A stretch of 64,000 nucleotides of DNA from an uncultured Fimbriimonadaceae bacterium (GCA_964576205.1 CAZNUL010000011.1:756-64755), one strand, 5' to 3'; counted from the stretch's first letter, positions 16,318 through 26,023 are shown. Notes: generated by a model not told the origin, from the sequence alone. Made by a program: numbers and translations.

Positions 16318-17652
16318 ATGAGTCTTCCCGCACGGCATTCACAGGCTCCTCGATTCGCAGGGCACGTATGGTTCTTGATCCTCAGCGTGATCCTGATTGC
16401 CGGCTGCGGCACCGGCTACCCGCCCGGAACGGTCGTGCTGCGCGTCGGCAACTGGGGCGGTGCGAAGGAAGGGAACGATTACGACCGAAAGGTCGACAAG
16501 ATCTACCGCGACTTCGAAAGGGAGAACCCTGGCGTGATCCTTCGCGAAGAGAACATTCCCGACTCAAACGACTATGTCGCAAAGATTTGCCAGGCCTACA
16601 TCGCCAAGGCGGAGCCCGACATCGTCAGCCTCGACGCCTCGAGCTCGGCCCTGTTCATTAAGAGCGGCATCGTCACTGATCTGACGCCGTTGATTCGGAA
16701 GGATCCCGGATTTCATCTCGGAGACTACTATCCGAACGTCGTCGACATCGCGCGACGAGGCGATGCTCTCTACGCGATCCCGCAAGACTTCACGCCCATG
16801 GTCGTCTACTACAACCGGAAGGTTTTCGATCGGGCGCATGTGGCCTATCCGACGTCCGACTGGAACTACTCGCAATTCAGGGAGATAGCGCGAAAGCTGA
16901 CGGTGGCAGGCATGGACGCGGGGCGCAAACAGTACGGCTTCGCGTTCACGAACTGGGTGCCGGGATGGGTCATGTGGATCTGGAACAATGGCGCGGATCA
17001 CCTATCCCCGGACGGCTCGCGGGCCATTGGGTATTTGGATAGCGCGAAGTCGGTCGCAGCGGTTACGTTCCTGGCGGACATGGTGAAAGAGGGCTTAGCC
17101 CCCTCGATCAGCCAGGCGGCCGCGCTGGGGGTCGACCCATTCGCAAACGGTCAAGCCGCGATGGCGATTTCCGGCCACTGGTCGATGGTGGGATATAACG
17201 CAGCTCCCAAGGGACCGGATGGGAAGCCGAAGATCAGTTGGGATGACCTCGGAGTCGTCGCTCTGCCTCACAATATCCCCCGGTCGCAAACCGTAATGTA
17301 TGAATCCGGATACGCCATTGGCGCCCATTGCAGGCACCCAGACATCGCGTGGAAGTTCATTCGCTATATGACCAGCCACCGGGTCCAGACGATCTATCAA
17401 GAGAGCGGCATTGCCGTCTGCGCACGGCGGGACGTCGCCGAGGAGCGGGCCAAGTCCTCTCAGCTCGAAGCGGAGTTCATCCCGATCATTCCGAGCGCGC
17501 GACCACCCTATGGGGCAAAGATCGACGGATACAGTTTCGTCGAGGACCAGGTGCAAAAGGCGATGGACGGAATCCTTGAGAACCACCGCGATCCGAAGTG
17601 GGCCCTCACCCGGGCCGCAAGTGCCATCGAACGGGAATGGGAAAAGAAATGA
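16318..17652 (+). CDS. ABC transporter sugar-binding lipoprotein (solute-binding family 1, CUT1)
   Basis: Lipobox LIAGC. The size, the W/Y-rich family-1 pattern and the two MalF/MalG-type permease genes that follow support the call. Confidence 0.8.
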   Translation: MSLPARHSQAPRFAGHVWFLILSVILIAGCGTGYPPGTVVLRVGNWGGAKEGNDYDRKVDKIYRDFERENPGVILREENIPDSNDYVAKICQAYIAKAEPDIVSLDASSSALFIKSGIVTDLTPLIRKDPGFHLGDYYPNVVDIARRGDALYAIPQDFTPMVVYYNRKVFDRAHVAYPTSDWNYSQFREIARKLTVAGMDAGRKQYGFAFTNWVPGWVMWIWNNGADHLSPDGSRAIGYLDSAKSVAAVTFLADMVKEGLAPSISQAAALGVDPFANGQAAMAISGHWSMVGYNAAPKGPDGKPKISWDDLGVVALPHNIPRSQTVMYESGYAIGAHCRHPDIAWKFIRYMTSHRVQTIYQESGIAVCARRDVAEERAKSSQLEAEFIPIIPSARPPYGAKIDGYSFVEDQVQKAMDGILENHRDPKWALTRAASAIEREWEKK

Positions 17653-17779
17653 TGCCTCGCTTGAGTTGCCATCCCAACCAGGGCCGCGAGTTGAGCCAGT
17701 ATCGCCGGGGCAAAAGCTTTCGATGCCGACTTGCGCTCACGGCGGGATCGCCCGTCCTAACGCAAGTGGCTAACACGGC

Positions 17780-18685
17780 ATGACAATCCGCAATCCGCAA
17801 TTCGCAATTCGCAATCGGGCCACCCCCTGGCTGTTCGTCGCCCCGGCACTCGTGCATCTGTTCGTCTTTGCTCTGATCCCAATCGGTTACGCCTTCTATT
17901 TGAGCCTGTTCAAGCAGCATTTGATTTACGGAACTCCTCGCTTCGTAGGGGCGGACAACTACGCCTACACGTTCACCGACGGGCCCTTTTGGAACGCGAT
18001 GTGGAATTCGGCTCGCTACGCCCTTCTGAGCGTTCCCCTCGGCATGGTGGTCGGGCTTGGCGTAGCGCTGCTCGTCAATCAAAAGCTCCGCGGGGTCACC
18101 ATCTTCCGCACGCTGTACTACGTTCCCTCGATCGCATCTGGCATCGCTTTATCGATGCTCTGGATCTATGTATATCTGCCCGAAAACGGAATGATCAATA
18201 CCGTGCTCGGCTGGCTGGGTATCACGACGAAGACCGACTTTCTCAACAACATCACCTGGGCAATGTGGGCACTCGTCATCATGGCGGCTCTCAACGGCGT
18301 CGGCCCGAAGATGATCCTATTCCTTGCCGGGCTGGTTAACATCCCGCCGGAACTCTACGAAGCGGCTTCGCTCGACGGGGCAAGCCGAACGAGAACGTTT
18401 TGGCGGATCACCATTCCAATGCTCGCTCCGACCACGTTCTTCATCATGGTGACCTCGACGATCGCGGCGATGCAGATCTTCACGCCGGTCTATCTGATGA
18501 CGAGGGGAGGCCCGGAGGACTCGACCGACGTCGTCGGCTTTCACATCTATCGGGAAGCATGGGTCCAATTCAACACAGGCCTCGCGGCCGCCCAGAGCTT
18601 TATCCTGCTCGCGGCAATTGCGGTGATCGCGGTCGCGCAGTTCAATCTTCAGAGGCGTCAGCTCGGGAGGTATTCGCTCACATGA
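17780..18685 (+). CDS. Sugar ABC transporter permease (MalF/UgpA-like)
   Basis: Multi-TM protein with the EAA-loop region EAASLDGASRTRTFWRITIPML. The ATG is followed immediately by a heptamer array. Confidence 0.85.
   Translation: MTIRNPQFAIRNRATPWLFVAPALVHLFVFALIPIGYAFYLSLFKQHLIYGTPRFVGADNYAYTFTDGPFWNAMWNSARYALLSVPLGMVVGLGVALLVNQKLRGVTIFRTLYYVPSIASGIALSMLWIYVYLPENGMINTVLGWLGITTKTDFLNNITWAMWALVIMAALNGVGPKMILFLAGLVNIPPELYEAASLDGASRTRTFWRITIPMLAPTTFFIMVTSTIAAMQIFTPVYLMTRGGPEDSTDVVGFHIYREAWVQFNTGLAAAQSFILLAAIAVIAVAQFNLQRRQLGRYSLT
17784..17818. repeat. Tandem heptamer array, unit CAATYCG (5 units), inside codons 2-13 of the permease gene
   Basis: CAATCCG x2, CAATTCG x2, CAATCGG, translated as TIRNPQFAIRNR. 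Confidence 0.95.
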
Positions 18686-19779
18686 GCTACGGCGCGCGCC
18701 TCCGCGACGCCCTTCTCATGTTGCTTGCCGCCGTTGGGCTCGCATGGATACCCATCAGGATGGGATGGGCCGCGACCAGCGGCTGGCTGGTCGGGATTCC
18801 GATCGCGATCTCGGTCGTCGTCGCGATCAATGGGATCGCGATTCTTACGGAGGTGCTGGTTGTCGGCAAGGCCCTGCGTGTGTTTCTGAGCTACGCGGCC
18901 ATGCTTGCTCTCGCCGTCATCCTATTCGGGCCAATGGTCTGGATGATTCTCATCTCGCTCCACGCCCCGAAGGCGCCGATTCCGCCGATCAATGAGACGT
19001 GGCCTCCGTCAGTGCAAGTCGAAGTGAAGGATAGCGGCGGCGATCCCGTCATGATCGCCGACGCGAAGGGTAAGCAAGTGCCCAAGAAGGAGTGGAAGCG
19101 ATTCTTTTGGGAGAACTACGACACGGTCCTGAACAGCCCGACCCTTCCCGTTCGCCGTTTTTTCGTCAATACCGTCTTTGTCACTTGCACGGTCGTTGCC
19201 CTACAGCTCCTGATCACATCGCTGTGCGCCTACGGCCTCGCGAGGCTAAGGTTTAGAGGCCGGGAGCTGGTCTTTTATTTGTTTCTCGGCTCGCTGATGT
19301 TCGCAGGATCGGTCACCCAAATCCCGGTCTACCTGATGATGAGGTCGTTCGGATGGCTGGACACCTACTGGGCATTGATCGTCCCCGGAGTATCCTCGGC
19401 CTTTTCCGTATTTCTTTTGCGCCAGTTTTTTCTTCAAATACCGTTCGAGCTTGACGAAGCAGCGCGCATCGACGGCGCCAACGATTGGACGATCTATTCG
19501 CGTGTGATCTTGCCGCTCAGCAAAGCGGCCTTGGCGACCGCAGGCGCGTTCACGTTCTTCGGGGTGTGGACGGACTTCTTCGGGCCCCTGATCTATACGA
19601 ACTCGACGGACATGCGAACCCTCGAACTCGGGCTCTCGGTGTTTAAAGGATCGTATGGAAATGCCAATTGGGCACTTCAGATGACGGCGGCCATGATTGT
19701 CATGGCCCCGCTACTTGTCATTTTTATGTTTGCCCAGCGTTTTTTCACTCGCGGCATCATGTTGGGATCGATCAAATGA
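18682..19779 (+). CDS. Sugar ABC transporter permease (MalG/UgpE-like) with an extended N-terminus
   Basis: EAA loop DEAARIDGANDWTIYSRVILPL. The ATG at 18682 overlaps the upstream stop (ATGA). The track's 18400 start lies inside the upstream gene. Confidence 0.8.
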   Translation: MSYGARLRDALLMLLAAVGLAWIPIRMGWAATSGWLVGIPIAISVVVAINGIAILTEVLVVGKALRVFLSYAAMLALAVILFGPMVWMILISLHAPKAPIPPINETWPPSVQVEVKDSGGDPVMIADAKGKQVPKKEWKRFFWENYDTVLNSPTLPVRRFFVNTVFVTCTVVALQLLITSLCAYGLARLRFRGRELVFYLFLGSLMFAGSVTQIPVYLMMRSFGWLDTYWALIVPGVSSAFSVFLLRQFFLQIPFELDEAARIDGANDWTIYSRVILPLSKAALATAGAFTFFGVWTDFFGPLIYTNSTDMRTLELGLSVFKGSYGNANWALQMTAAMIVMAPLLVIFMFAQRFFTRGIMLGSIK

Positions 19780-19845
19780 GCACTGGGGGCACATTCGACA
19801 GCCGTGTTGGCGGTAAGCGCCAAAGCTAGTGGCTATAAGCGCTGA

Positions 19846-20727
19846 CTACTTGAGGTCCCACATGTAGTCGCCTGGGACGTCGATCAGCCCGCGCCAGTCA
19901 TCCCTGACGTCGCACCCTTCAGCCAGCTTTGTGATGGGGAGCGCTTTGACGCTGCCATCGACTCGCGCGACATTGACGCGACCATTATGCCAAGGCCAGG
20001 CGTTGCCATAAAGGTGGCCCGAATTCACGTTGTCGACTTCCCAGCCCTTCACGGGTGCGTACACAAGCTGGCCGCCAACGGCAAATGTGTCTTCCAGGGG
20101 CTGTCTTCCCCGTGACTCATAGCGACACGGTGGCACGACGAGCCAGCTTCCACCATCGATCGGCGTTCCATCGGGCAACCGGTCCCATAACGAATCTACA
20201 AAGAGAAGTGTCCGGCTGGCGTCCGCAAGCGACGAAGCAGACCGCGGCTCAGACACCCATTGGGGATGGCCCCCGGTCAATTTGAGAACGATCGGCGCCA
20301 GATACAGATAGTTGTAGCCCATGTTCACATGCATGGACGCCATGTAGTACTGGCCGTAAATGTCGCCTGGCAACAGGTCTTGGTCGAATGATGTCTCGGG
20401 GTCCTCGCGAAGGCTCCAATCCGATGGGCAGGTAAAGATCGAGAAATTGCGTGCGTAGGGAAGAACGAGTTGAACCCACGTTCGGTCCAGAATTGGGTTC
20501 GGCGACATGCCAGGACGGTGGTTCACCGGCATGAAGAAATCGTCGTAATCGCCCCAATACATGCTCGAGGCGGCGTGGACCTGCCTCATATTGGACAGGC
20601 ACTTAGAACCTTTTGCGGCTGCCCTCACCGAAAAGAACACGGGAAACATCAACCCTGCGACCACGGCGATGATGGCAAGGACGGTTAGCATTTCTGCCAG
20701 AGTGAACGCTCTTCCCCGTCTACACAC
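19846..20727 (-). CDS. Prepilin-type N-terminal cleavage/methylation domain protein (DUF1559-like)
   Basis: N-terminal RAFTLAEMLTVLAIIAVVAGLMFPVF. Confidence 0.8.
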   Translation of the reverse strand: MCRRGRAFTLAEMLTVLAIIAVVAGLMFPVFFSVRAAAKGSKCLSNMRQVHAASSMYWGDYDDFFMPVNHRPGMSPNPILDRTWVQLVLPYARNFSIFTCPSDWSLREDPETSFDQDLLPGDIYGQYYMASMHVNMGYNYLYLAPIVLKLTGGHPQWVSEPRSASSLADASRTLLFVDSLWDRLPDGTPIDGGSWLVVPPCRYESRGRQPLEDTFAVGGQLVYAPVKGWEVDNVNSGHLYGNAWPWHNGRVNVARVDGSVKALPITKLAEGCDVRDDWRGLIDVPGDYMWDLK

Positions 20728-20736
20728 GATTGGAAC

Positions 20737-21525
20737 TTACTGCATTATAACAAAACCACCGGGCTTTGGAAGCGCATACACGTCGATGTCGCCACACTTC
20801 TTGAAACCCAGGCTCGAATACCATCGTTCCAGCTTTGGATCGCATTGAAGGGTCGCGGGAACACCCTTCAAAGCGCACACGGCCAGGATTTCGCGAATCA
20901 TCGAGTTGCCGATTCCCAGTCCGCGAAGGCTCTCGTCGACACACACGTTATAGACGCCGGCCATGCTCTGGCTGAAACTGACCATCGCTGCTCCGAGCAA
21001 GCGGCCCTCGCGTTTCATCGCCAACAGTTCGAGGGAGGTCGCCTGCGCCGTGGCCTCCGCGACCTGCCGCCTAAACGGCTGGCCCTGCTTCTTGAAGAAC
21101 TGGTCCACCATGAAAAGGGCTACTTGCATGCGGTCGAATCCGGTTGAAGCACGAATGAGGTTGTTTTTTGGCTCACCTTGATCGGGACCGGCGACCAACT
21201 GAACGAGCCGGTAACAGCGACAGAAGCCCTCTCGTACGAGCAGCTCGCCTAGGTTGGCGGGCCGATCGACGGGAGTTGCATAGACGTTAAAGACGGCACG
21301 ATCGAGCGCCACTCTGGCCAGCCGGCATGCTGAACTGGCGTCGAGGTTCAAGCCACCGGCGAAGTTGCACACGGGATGCTCGATGTCTCCGATGCAGGCT
21401 CGAAAGCCCGGCTCCCTCCAGATTTTCGACCTGGAAGCCGCTTTGCCCAGCTCGAAGTAGGTATGGAGCAAGTTGTCAGACGCGGCTTCCGATAGTGAGT
21501 CGAGAATCACAACACAGTGCTCCAA
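20737..21525 (-). CDS. GNAT-family N-acetyltransferase
   Basis: Acetyl-CoA binding motif VDESLRGLGIGNSMI near the C-terminus. Confidence 0.7.
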   Translation of the reverse strand: MEHCVVILDSLSEAASDNLLHTYFELGKAASRSKIWREPGFRACIGDIEHPVCNFAGGLNLDASSACRLARVALDRAVFNVYATPVDRPANLGELLVREGFCRCYRLVQLVAGPDQGEPKNNLIRASTGFDRMQVALFMVDQFFKKQGQPFRRQVAEATAQATSLELLAMKREGRLLGAAMVSFSQSMAGVYNVCVDESLRGLGIGNSMIREILAVCALKGVPATLQCDPKLERWYSSLGFKKCGDIDVYALPKPGGFVIMQ

Positions 21526-22715
21526 AAGAGTCCGGCGCCAAATCTGCGGCGCGTTCCGACGAATCCGATGGAGACCCTGTTGTCGATTCTCCGCCCCAGA
21601 AAGATCTCCGGCCCGCGAGGCGTGATCAAGAAGGATGCAAATCCGTCGCCACTCCTGTCGAACTTCACGAGATCTAGTCCAAGGCCCAGGTCGAATCCCG
21701 TCGCGGTATTGACGAGTCCGCCGATGCGGACGGTTGGCGCATAAATACGGGAGGGCGGAGTGAAATCCTTGCCCGCGAACTCGGCGCCAAAGAAGTTGCC
21801 GACTTCCCTCAGCAGACGGCGCTCGACGAAGATGCCTCCGTAATGGCCGGTGTCCACGAAGAGAACTTTGGGATGGTCGAGCGCGCCGATTAAGGCGTCG
21901 GTTGCCGCTCGCGGCACCACAGTGTCGTAATTCGCCCCGATCACGAAAGTTGTGCCGCCCGATCTCGATTTCAGAAATGGGAGCGGCTCTACAGGCTCGA
22001 GGACCCGTGTCAGTTTTTCCTCTGTAAGCCCCCGCTTCCTAAGCATTTCGCGCTCTCGAACCGTCCTCGAACTACTCCAAATGATATGGGCAATATCGAC
22101 GCCCCCAAGAACAAATGTCGCAGCTTCAATTCGTTTGTCAATGCCGAAAGCCGCGGTGGAAACGACGGCTCCGAGGCTCGATCCACAGATTCCGATACGT
22201 GAGTGATCGAATTCCGAACGCGTTTCGATCCAATCGATCGTTCTCCTCACGTCCCACACGGACTGGACCATATTGAGGATCAACAAGTCAGGATCGGGCT
22301 CCAACGTCAGTTCGCCGGAAACGTAACCTGGGGGAGTTCTCGAGAGATGGTAGGGCAGGGTCAATAAAACTGCCGCTACCCCATGCCGATTCAGCTCTGA
22401 GGCGATCGCCCTCTCGATCTTGAGATCGCGCGTTCCCCAGTAGTGGAGCACGACGACGACCGGTGTCGGACCCGTCGTTTGGGCCGGAACGAGGATTCGA
22501 AGTGGGACCGTGTTGTTCGCCGGATACGGCGTTTCCAAGGCACTTGGGAAGTTGACCGTGTACTCGATCTCGTTCTGGGTTCGGTCGACCTCTTTCCAGT
22601 CGGGAAAGGTGATCGGCGGCGGCGGTTGCGCAATCTGGGGTTGCTGCGCCAAAGTGAGACAGGCTCCGAAAAGGAGCGTCAACAGGATGATGATCGCTTT
22701 GAGTCGTGTCCCCAT
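21507..22715 (-). CDS. Secreted alpha/beta hydrolase
   Basis: Signal peptide and the nucleophile elbow GICGSSLGA (GxSxG). Confidence 0.65.
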   Translation of the reverse strand: MGTRLKAIIILLTLLFGACLTLAQQPQIAQPPPPITFPDWKEVDRTQNEIEYTVNFPSALETPYPANNTVPLRILVPAQTTGPTPVVVVLHYWGTRDLKIERAIASELNRHGVAAVLLTLPYHLSRTPPGYVSGELTLEPDPDLLILNMVQSVWDVRRTIDWIETRSEFDHSRIGICGSSLGAVVSTAAFGIDKRIEAATFVLGGVDIAHIIWSSSRTVREREMLRKRGLTEEKLTRVLEPVEPLPFLKSRSGGTTFVIGANYDTVVPRAATDALIGALDHPKVLFVDTGHYGGIFVERRLLREVGNFFGAEFAGKDFTPPSRIYAPTVRIGGLVNTATGFDLGLGLDLVKFDRSGDGFASFLITPRGPEIFLGRRIDNRVSIGFVGTRRRFGAGLFWSTVL

Positions 22716-22889
22716 GGTGGCTAGGGCAGGTGCGCCGCAAGACAGTTTAGACGCTCAGTCCGGCCCGGCGGTTGGTCCCACTGGGCTTACTGCAAATGCG
22801 GTTCGATTCGATCCCCTCATCAGTGACGTTCTACGTCGAAGCCTTGCTTCACGCCCGGCGGACGCCGGTCTAAGGAGTGACGTCCGTCC

Positions 22890-24071
22890 ATGATCACTTA
22901 CGCCGAGGCGGTCAGGATCGTCGACGATCACACGAGCTTGCTCGGAAATGACGTGCGACCCCTTGCCGGTTGCTCCGGCTCCAGGCTGGGGAAGGAGCTT
23001 CGTGCCCTGTGCGATTCGCCCCCCTTCGACAACTCGGCCGTCGATGGGTACGGACGGCGAGAGGAGGATTTGGGAGCCAGACTCTTACCCCTTGCCGGGG
23101 AAGTGCAGGCGGGCGACGACGGCCGTTTGAACGTTCGGCCCGGACACGCGGTACGGATCTTCACCGGGGCCCCAGTACCGTCGGGCATCGTATCGATCTC
23201 CATGCAGGAGGACTGCGAGGAGGTCGATGGGCGCGTACGGTTCTCGCTGGAATCGAAGCCCGGGCAACACATTCGGCCAGCAGGATCGGACTTCAGGAAA
23301 GGCGAGACTCTTTTGCCGGAAGGGACAATCTTGGATGCTCCAAAGCTTGGCCTAGCCCTTAGCGGCGGTCATTCCCAGGCTGAGTGCCGGATCCGGCCAA
23401 GAGTCTTGATCTTGACGACCGGTAACGAACTGGTAGCTCCGGGCGAACTCCTCGGCCCGGGTCAAATCTACAATTCGAATAGCGGGGCCTTATTCGAAGC
23501 AGCTCGGCCGTTGTCCTCGCGCACTCAAACGATGAATTGCGGCGACGATCCCGAGCAACTTCGGTCCATGATGCCGGGGCTACTGAACGACAATGACGTT
23601 CTCATCACCTGCGGCGGAGTCTCGGTCGGGGCTCACGATTACCTCAAGGAGGCATTCGCTTCGGCTCACGTGACGGAGCTTTTTTGGAGCGTCGCGATCA
23701 AGCCCGGCAAACCGATCTTTTTTGGCTCACAAGGGAAGGCCTTAGTATTCGGATTGCCCGGGAATCCGGTTTCCGCTTTGGTCACGTTCTTTCTCTTCGT
23801 GCGGCCGGCCTTACTGAAAATGGCAGGAAGTCCCGACCCATGGCCACGCCCCTTTCATGCTCGATTCGAAGGCAAATGCAGCAAGCGCGATGGAAGGATG
23901 GAGTTTCTGAGGGGCATTCTGACCGGCGAGTCGGTGCGGCTCGTGGGCGGCCGAGACTCCCACCTGATCTCTGGGCTCGCGGCAGCGAACTGCCTGATAC
24001 ATTTCCCGCTCGAGGCGACCGAGCTTCGAGACGGAGACGTAGTAGACGTTACGGCGCTAAACTGGATGTAG
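22890..24071 (+). CDS. moeA: Molybdopterin molybdenumtransferase
   Basis: The length and motifs (PPFDNSAVDGY, ITCGGVSVGAHDY, GLPGNPVSA) match MoeA. Confidence 0.9.
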   Translation: MITYAEAVRIVDDHTSLLGNDVRPLAGCSGSRLGKELRALCDSPPFDNSAVDGYGRREEDLGARLLPLAGEVQAGDDGRLNVRPGHAVRIFTGAPVPSGIVSISMQEDCEEVDGRVRFSLESKPGQHIRPAGSDFRKGETLLPEGTILDAPKLGLALSGGHSQAECRIRPRVLILTTGNELVAPGELLGPGQIYNSNSGALFEAARPLSSRTQTMNCGDDPEQLRSMMPGLLNDNDVLITCGGVSVGAHDYLKEAFASAHVTELFWSVAIKPGKPIFFGSQGKALVFGLPGNPVSALVTFFLFVRPALLKMAGSPDPWPRPFHARFEGKCSKRDGRMEFLRGILTGESVRLVGGRDSHLISGLAAANCLIHFPLEATELRDGDVVDVTALNWM

Positions 24072-24078
24072 CGACCCG

Positions 24079-24321
24079 ATGAAACAGATCAAGGTGCAGT
24101 ACTACGCGATCTTTCGAGAGCAGCGCGGATTAAGCGAAGAGGTCATCCAAACCGCTGCCGTCACCGCCCTAGACCTTTATCAGGACCTCGCAACTCATCA
24201 CGGTTTCTCGTTGACCCCAAGTCTGGTGCGCGCAAGCGTCAACCTCCAATTCAAGGCTCTTGACACCGAACTCTCCGACGGAGACGCGGTCGTGTTCATC
24301 CCGCCCGTGGCCGGAGGCTAA
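24079..24321 (+). CDS. moaD: Molybdopterin synthase sulfur-carrier subunit
   Basis: 80-aa ubiquitin-like protein ending in the GG motif (PPVAGG). Confidence 0.85.
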   Translation: MKQIKVQYYAIFREQRGLSEEVIQTAAVTALDLYQDLATHHGFSLTPSLVRASVNLQFKALDTELSDGDAVVFIPPVAGG

Positions 24322-24324
24322 ACT

Positions 24325-24359
24325 GATTTCGGATTTTGGATTTCGGATTTCGGTTTTCG
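24325..24359. repeat. Tandem heptamer array, unit GATTTYG (5 units)
   Basis: GATTTCG GATTTTG GATTTCG GATTTCG GTTTTCG, starting 4 nt after the moaD stop. Confidence 0.95.
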
Positions 24360-24417
24360 GAGACAAACCAAGGTTTGAAACCCAGATTCTCCCTCCCCTG
24401 CGGGCCCGGAGCCGGCA

Positions 24418-25980
24418 ATGAGCCAGTTCTCGCTGACAGCCGAGCCGATCGCTGCCACTCCATCGGCAGCCCAGGATGGGGCGGGCGGCTACGTCGTTTT
24501 CGAGGGCCGGGTGCGGAATCAAAACGAAGGTCGCGACGTCCGGTCCCTCGAGTACGAAGCTTTCGACGAACTGGCAGTGAAGGCAGGCTGCGAGGTCCTT
24601 GGGGAAGCTCTAGAAAGGTTTGCGATACTCGATGTCCGTTGCATCCATCGCACCGGCCATCTTCAAATCGGTGAGGTCGCGATACGGGTCGAAGCCGCGA
24701 GCGCTCATCGAAAAGCCGCTTTCGAAGCCTGTTCCTGGATCGTCGACGAGATTAAACAGCGCGTCCCGATCTGGAAGAAGGAGCACTACGCGGACGGCGA
24801 CTCCGGCTGGATCAACTGCGAAGCGCCTGACGATCAAATGCTTTTTTGTCATCCCGGGGAGCGAGGGATCTCAAATCCAAATCCGAGAACGCCTTGCGAA
24901 AGGAGAGATTCCTCGCAGGCTCGGAATGACAAAACCGTAGGATCAGAAGCGGCCTACTACAGCCGCCAAGTCCGCCTCAGCGAAGTCGGACCAGAGGGTC
25001 AGGCCAAGCTTAAGTCGGCACGAGTTCTCGTCGTTGGCGCAGGCGGCCTCGGCAGCCCTGCCCTGCTTTATCTCGCTGCAGCCGGGGTCGGGACGATCGG
25101 CATTGCCGAGCAGGACGACCTCGATGAAAGCAACCTTCACCGGCAGGTTGTCTACGCTTCACATCAGATCGAGAAAGCAAAGGCCGAAGCCGCGGCCGAC
25201 AGGATCCGAGCCCTAAATCCTTATATCGCGGTTGTGACTCATCAGGAACGGGTTACCGGCTCGAATGCGCCGAATCTTGTCAAGGACTACGATCTCGTGC
25301 TCGATTGCACCGACAACTTCAGGACGAAGTTTCTGCTTAACGACATTTGCGTCGAGGCGTACAAGCCGTTGATCCAGGCGAGCATCTACCGTTACGAGGG
25401 GCAACTCATGGTGATCACGCCGGACTCGCCATGCCTGCGATGTCTGTGGCCGAAAACACCGAACGAAGGGTGCGTCGGCTCTTGCGCGGAAGTTGGCGTC
25501 CTCGGTGTCGTGCCAGGCGTCTTCGGGACACTCCAAGCAGCCGAGGCAATCAAACTGATCCTTGGCTTGCCATCGCCTCTGCGCGAGGGCCACATGTTGT
25601 TGCTAGACCTCCAAAGCTACCAACAGCAAATGGTCTCCGTTGCTAGGGACCCAGCTTGCCCGGCGTGCGGGATTCTGAGCTCTAGCTTGCCGGTCGAAAC
25701 TGCAGCGTTCAACGTCGACGCCGAGGATATCGATCTTGCCGAGTTCCTCGTGATCGACGTTCGCGAACCTTACGAGGTTCGTTTCCAGCCGATGAAGTCG
25801 GCGCTGAACTTGCCAAGCACTCGCTTCGATCTCGGCCGGTTGCCTCAGGCCGACAAGTACCTCCTGGTGTGTGCGCACGGAATCCGCAGCGAGGCCATCG
25901 CCGAGGCGATGTGGGAGCGAGGCGATCACCGATTCTTCTCTCTCTCAGGGGGCGTTGCCGCTCTAAAGCAGCGGCGCTAA
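24418..25980 (+). CDS. Triple fusion: MoaE (molybdopterin synthase catalytic subunit), MoeB/ThiF-type adenylyltransferase and rhodanese
   Basis: Residues 1-135 are MoaE-like (VFEGRVRN...PIWKKEHY). After a ~40-aa linker comes a MoeB domain with the LVVGAGGLGSP Rossmann motif and CxxC pairs. The C-terminal rhodanese has the active-site loop CAHGIRS. There is no in-frame stop. Confidence 0.8.
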   Translation: MSQFSLTAEPIAATPSAAQDGAGGYVVFEGRVRNQNEGRDVRSLEYEAFDELAVKAGCEVLGEALERFAILDVRCIHRTGHLQIGEVAIRVEAASAHRKAAFEACSWIVDEIKQRVPIWKKEHYADGDSGWINCEAPDDQMLFCHPGERGISNPNPRTPCERRDSSQARNDKTVGSEAAYYSRQVRLSEVGPEGQAKLKSARVLVVGAGGLGSPALLYLAAAGVGTIGIAEQDDLDESNLHRQVVYASHQIEKAKAEAAADRIRALNPYIAVVTHQERVTGSNAPNLVKDYDLVLDCTDNFRTKFLLNDICVEAYKPLIQASIYRYEGQLMVITPDSPCLRCLWPKTPNEGCVGSCAEVGVLGVVPGVFGTLQAAEAIKLILGLPSPLREGHMLLLDLQSYQQQMVSVARDPACPACGILSSSLPVETAAFNVDAEDIDLAEFLVIDVREPYEVRFQPMKSALNLPSTRFDLGRLPQADKYLLVCAHGIRSEAIAEAMWERGDHRFFSLSGGVAALKQRR

Positions 25981-26023
25981 GCGAAGCGCCGGGCGCCTAT
26001 GCGACCGAAGTAGACTCGGACCC

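Noticed and set aside
18400-18681. Upstream extension of the second ABC permease ORF.
   Set aside because: It overlaps the first permease gene in another frame. The ATG at 18682 overlaps the upstream stop (ATGA), the usual coupling arrangement.
22780-22830. tRNA-like fragment (CTGCAAA loop-like sequence and GGTTCGATTCGATCC) upstream of moeA.
   Set aside because: No cloverleaf can be folded: the anticodon and T stems do not pair. It is most likely chance similarity or at best a decayed remnant.
24838-24950. Possibility that moaE and moeB are separate genes with an internal restart.
   Set aside because: There is no in-frame stop between the domains. The only nearby ATG downstream of the SD-like AAAGGAGAG (24926) is out of frame and terminates after 4 codons. 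The fusion is therefore kept, subject to read-level verification.
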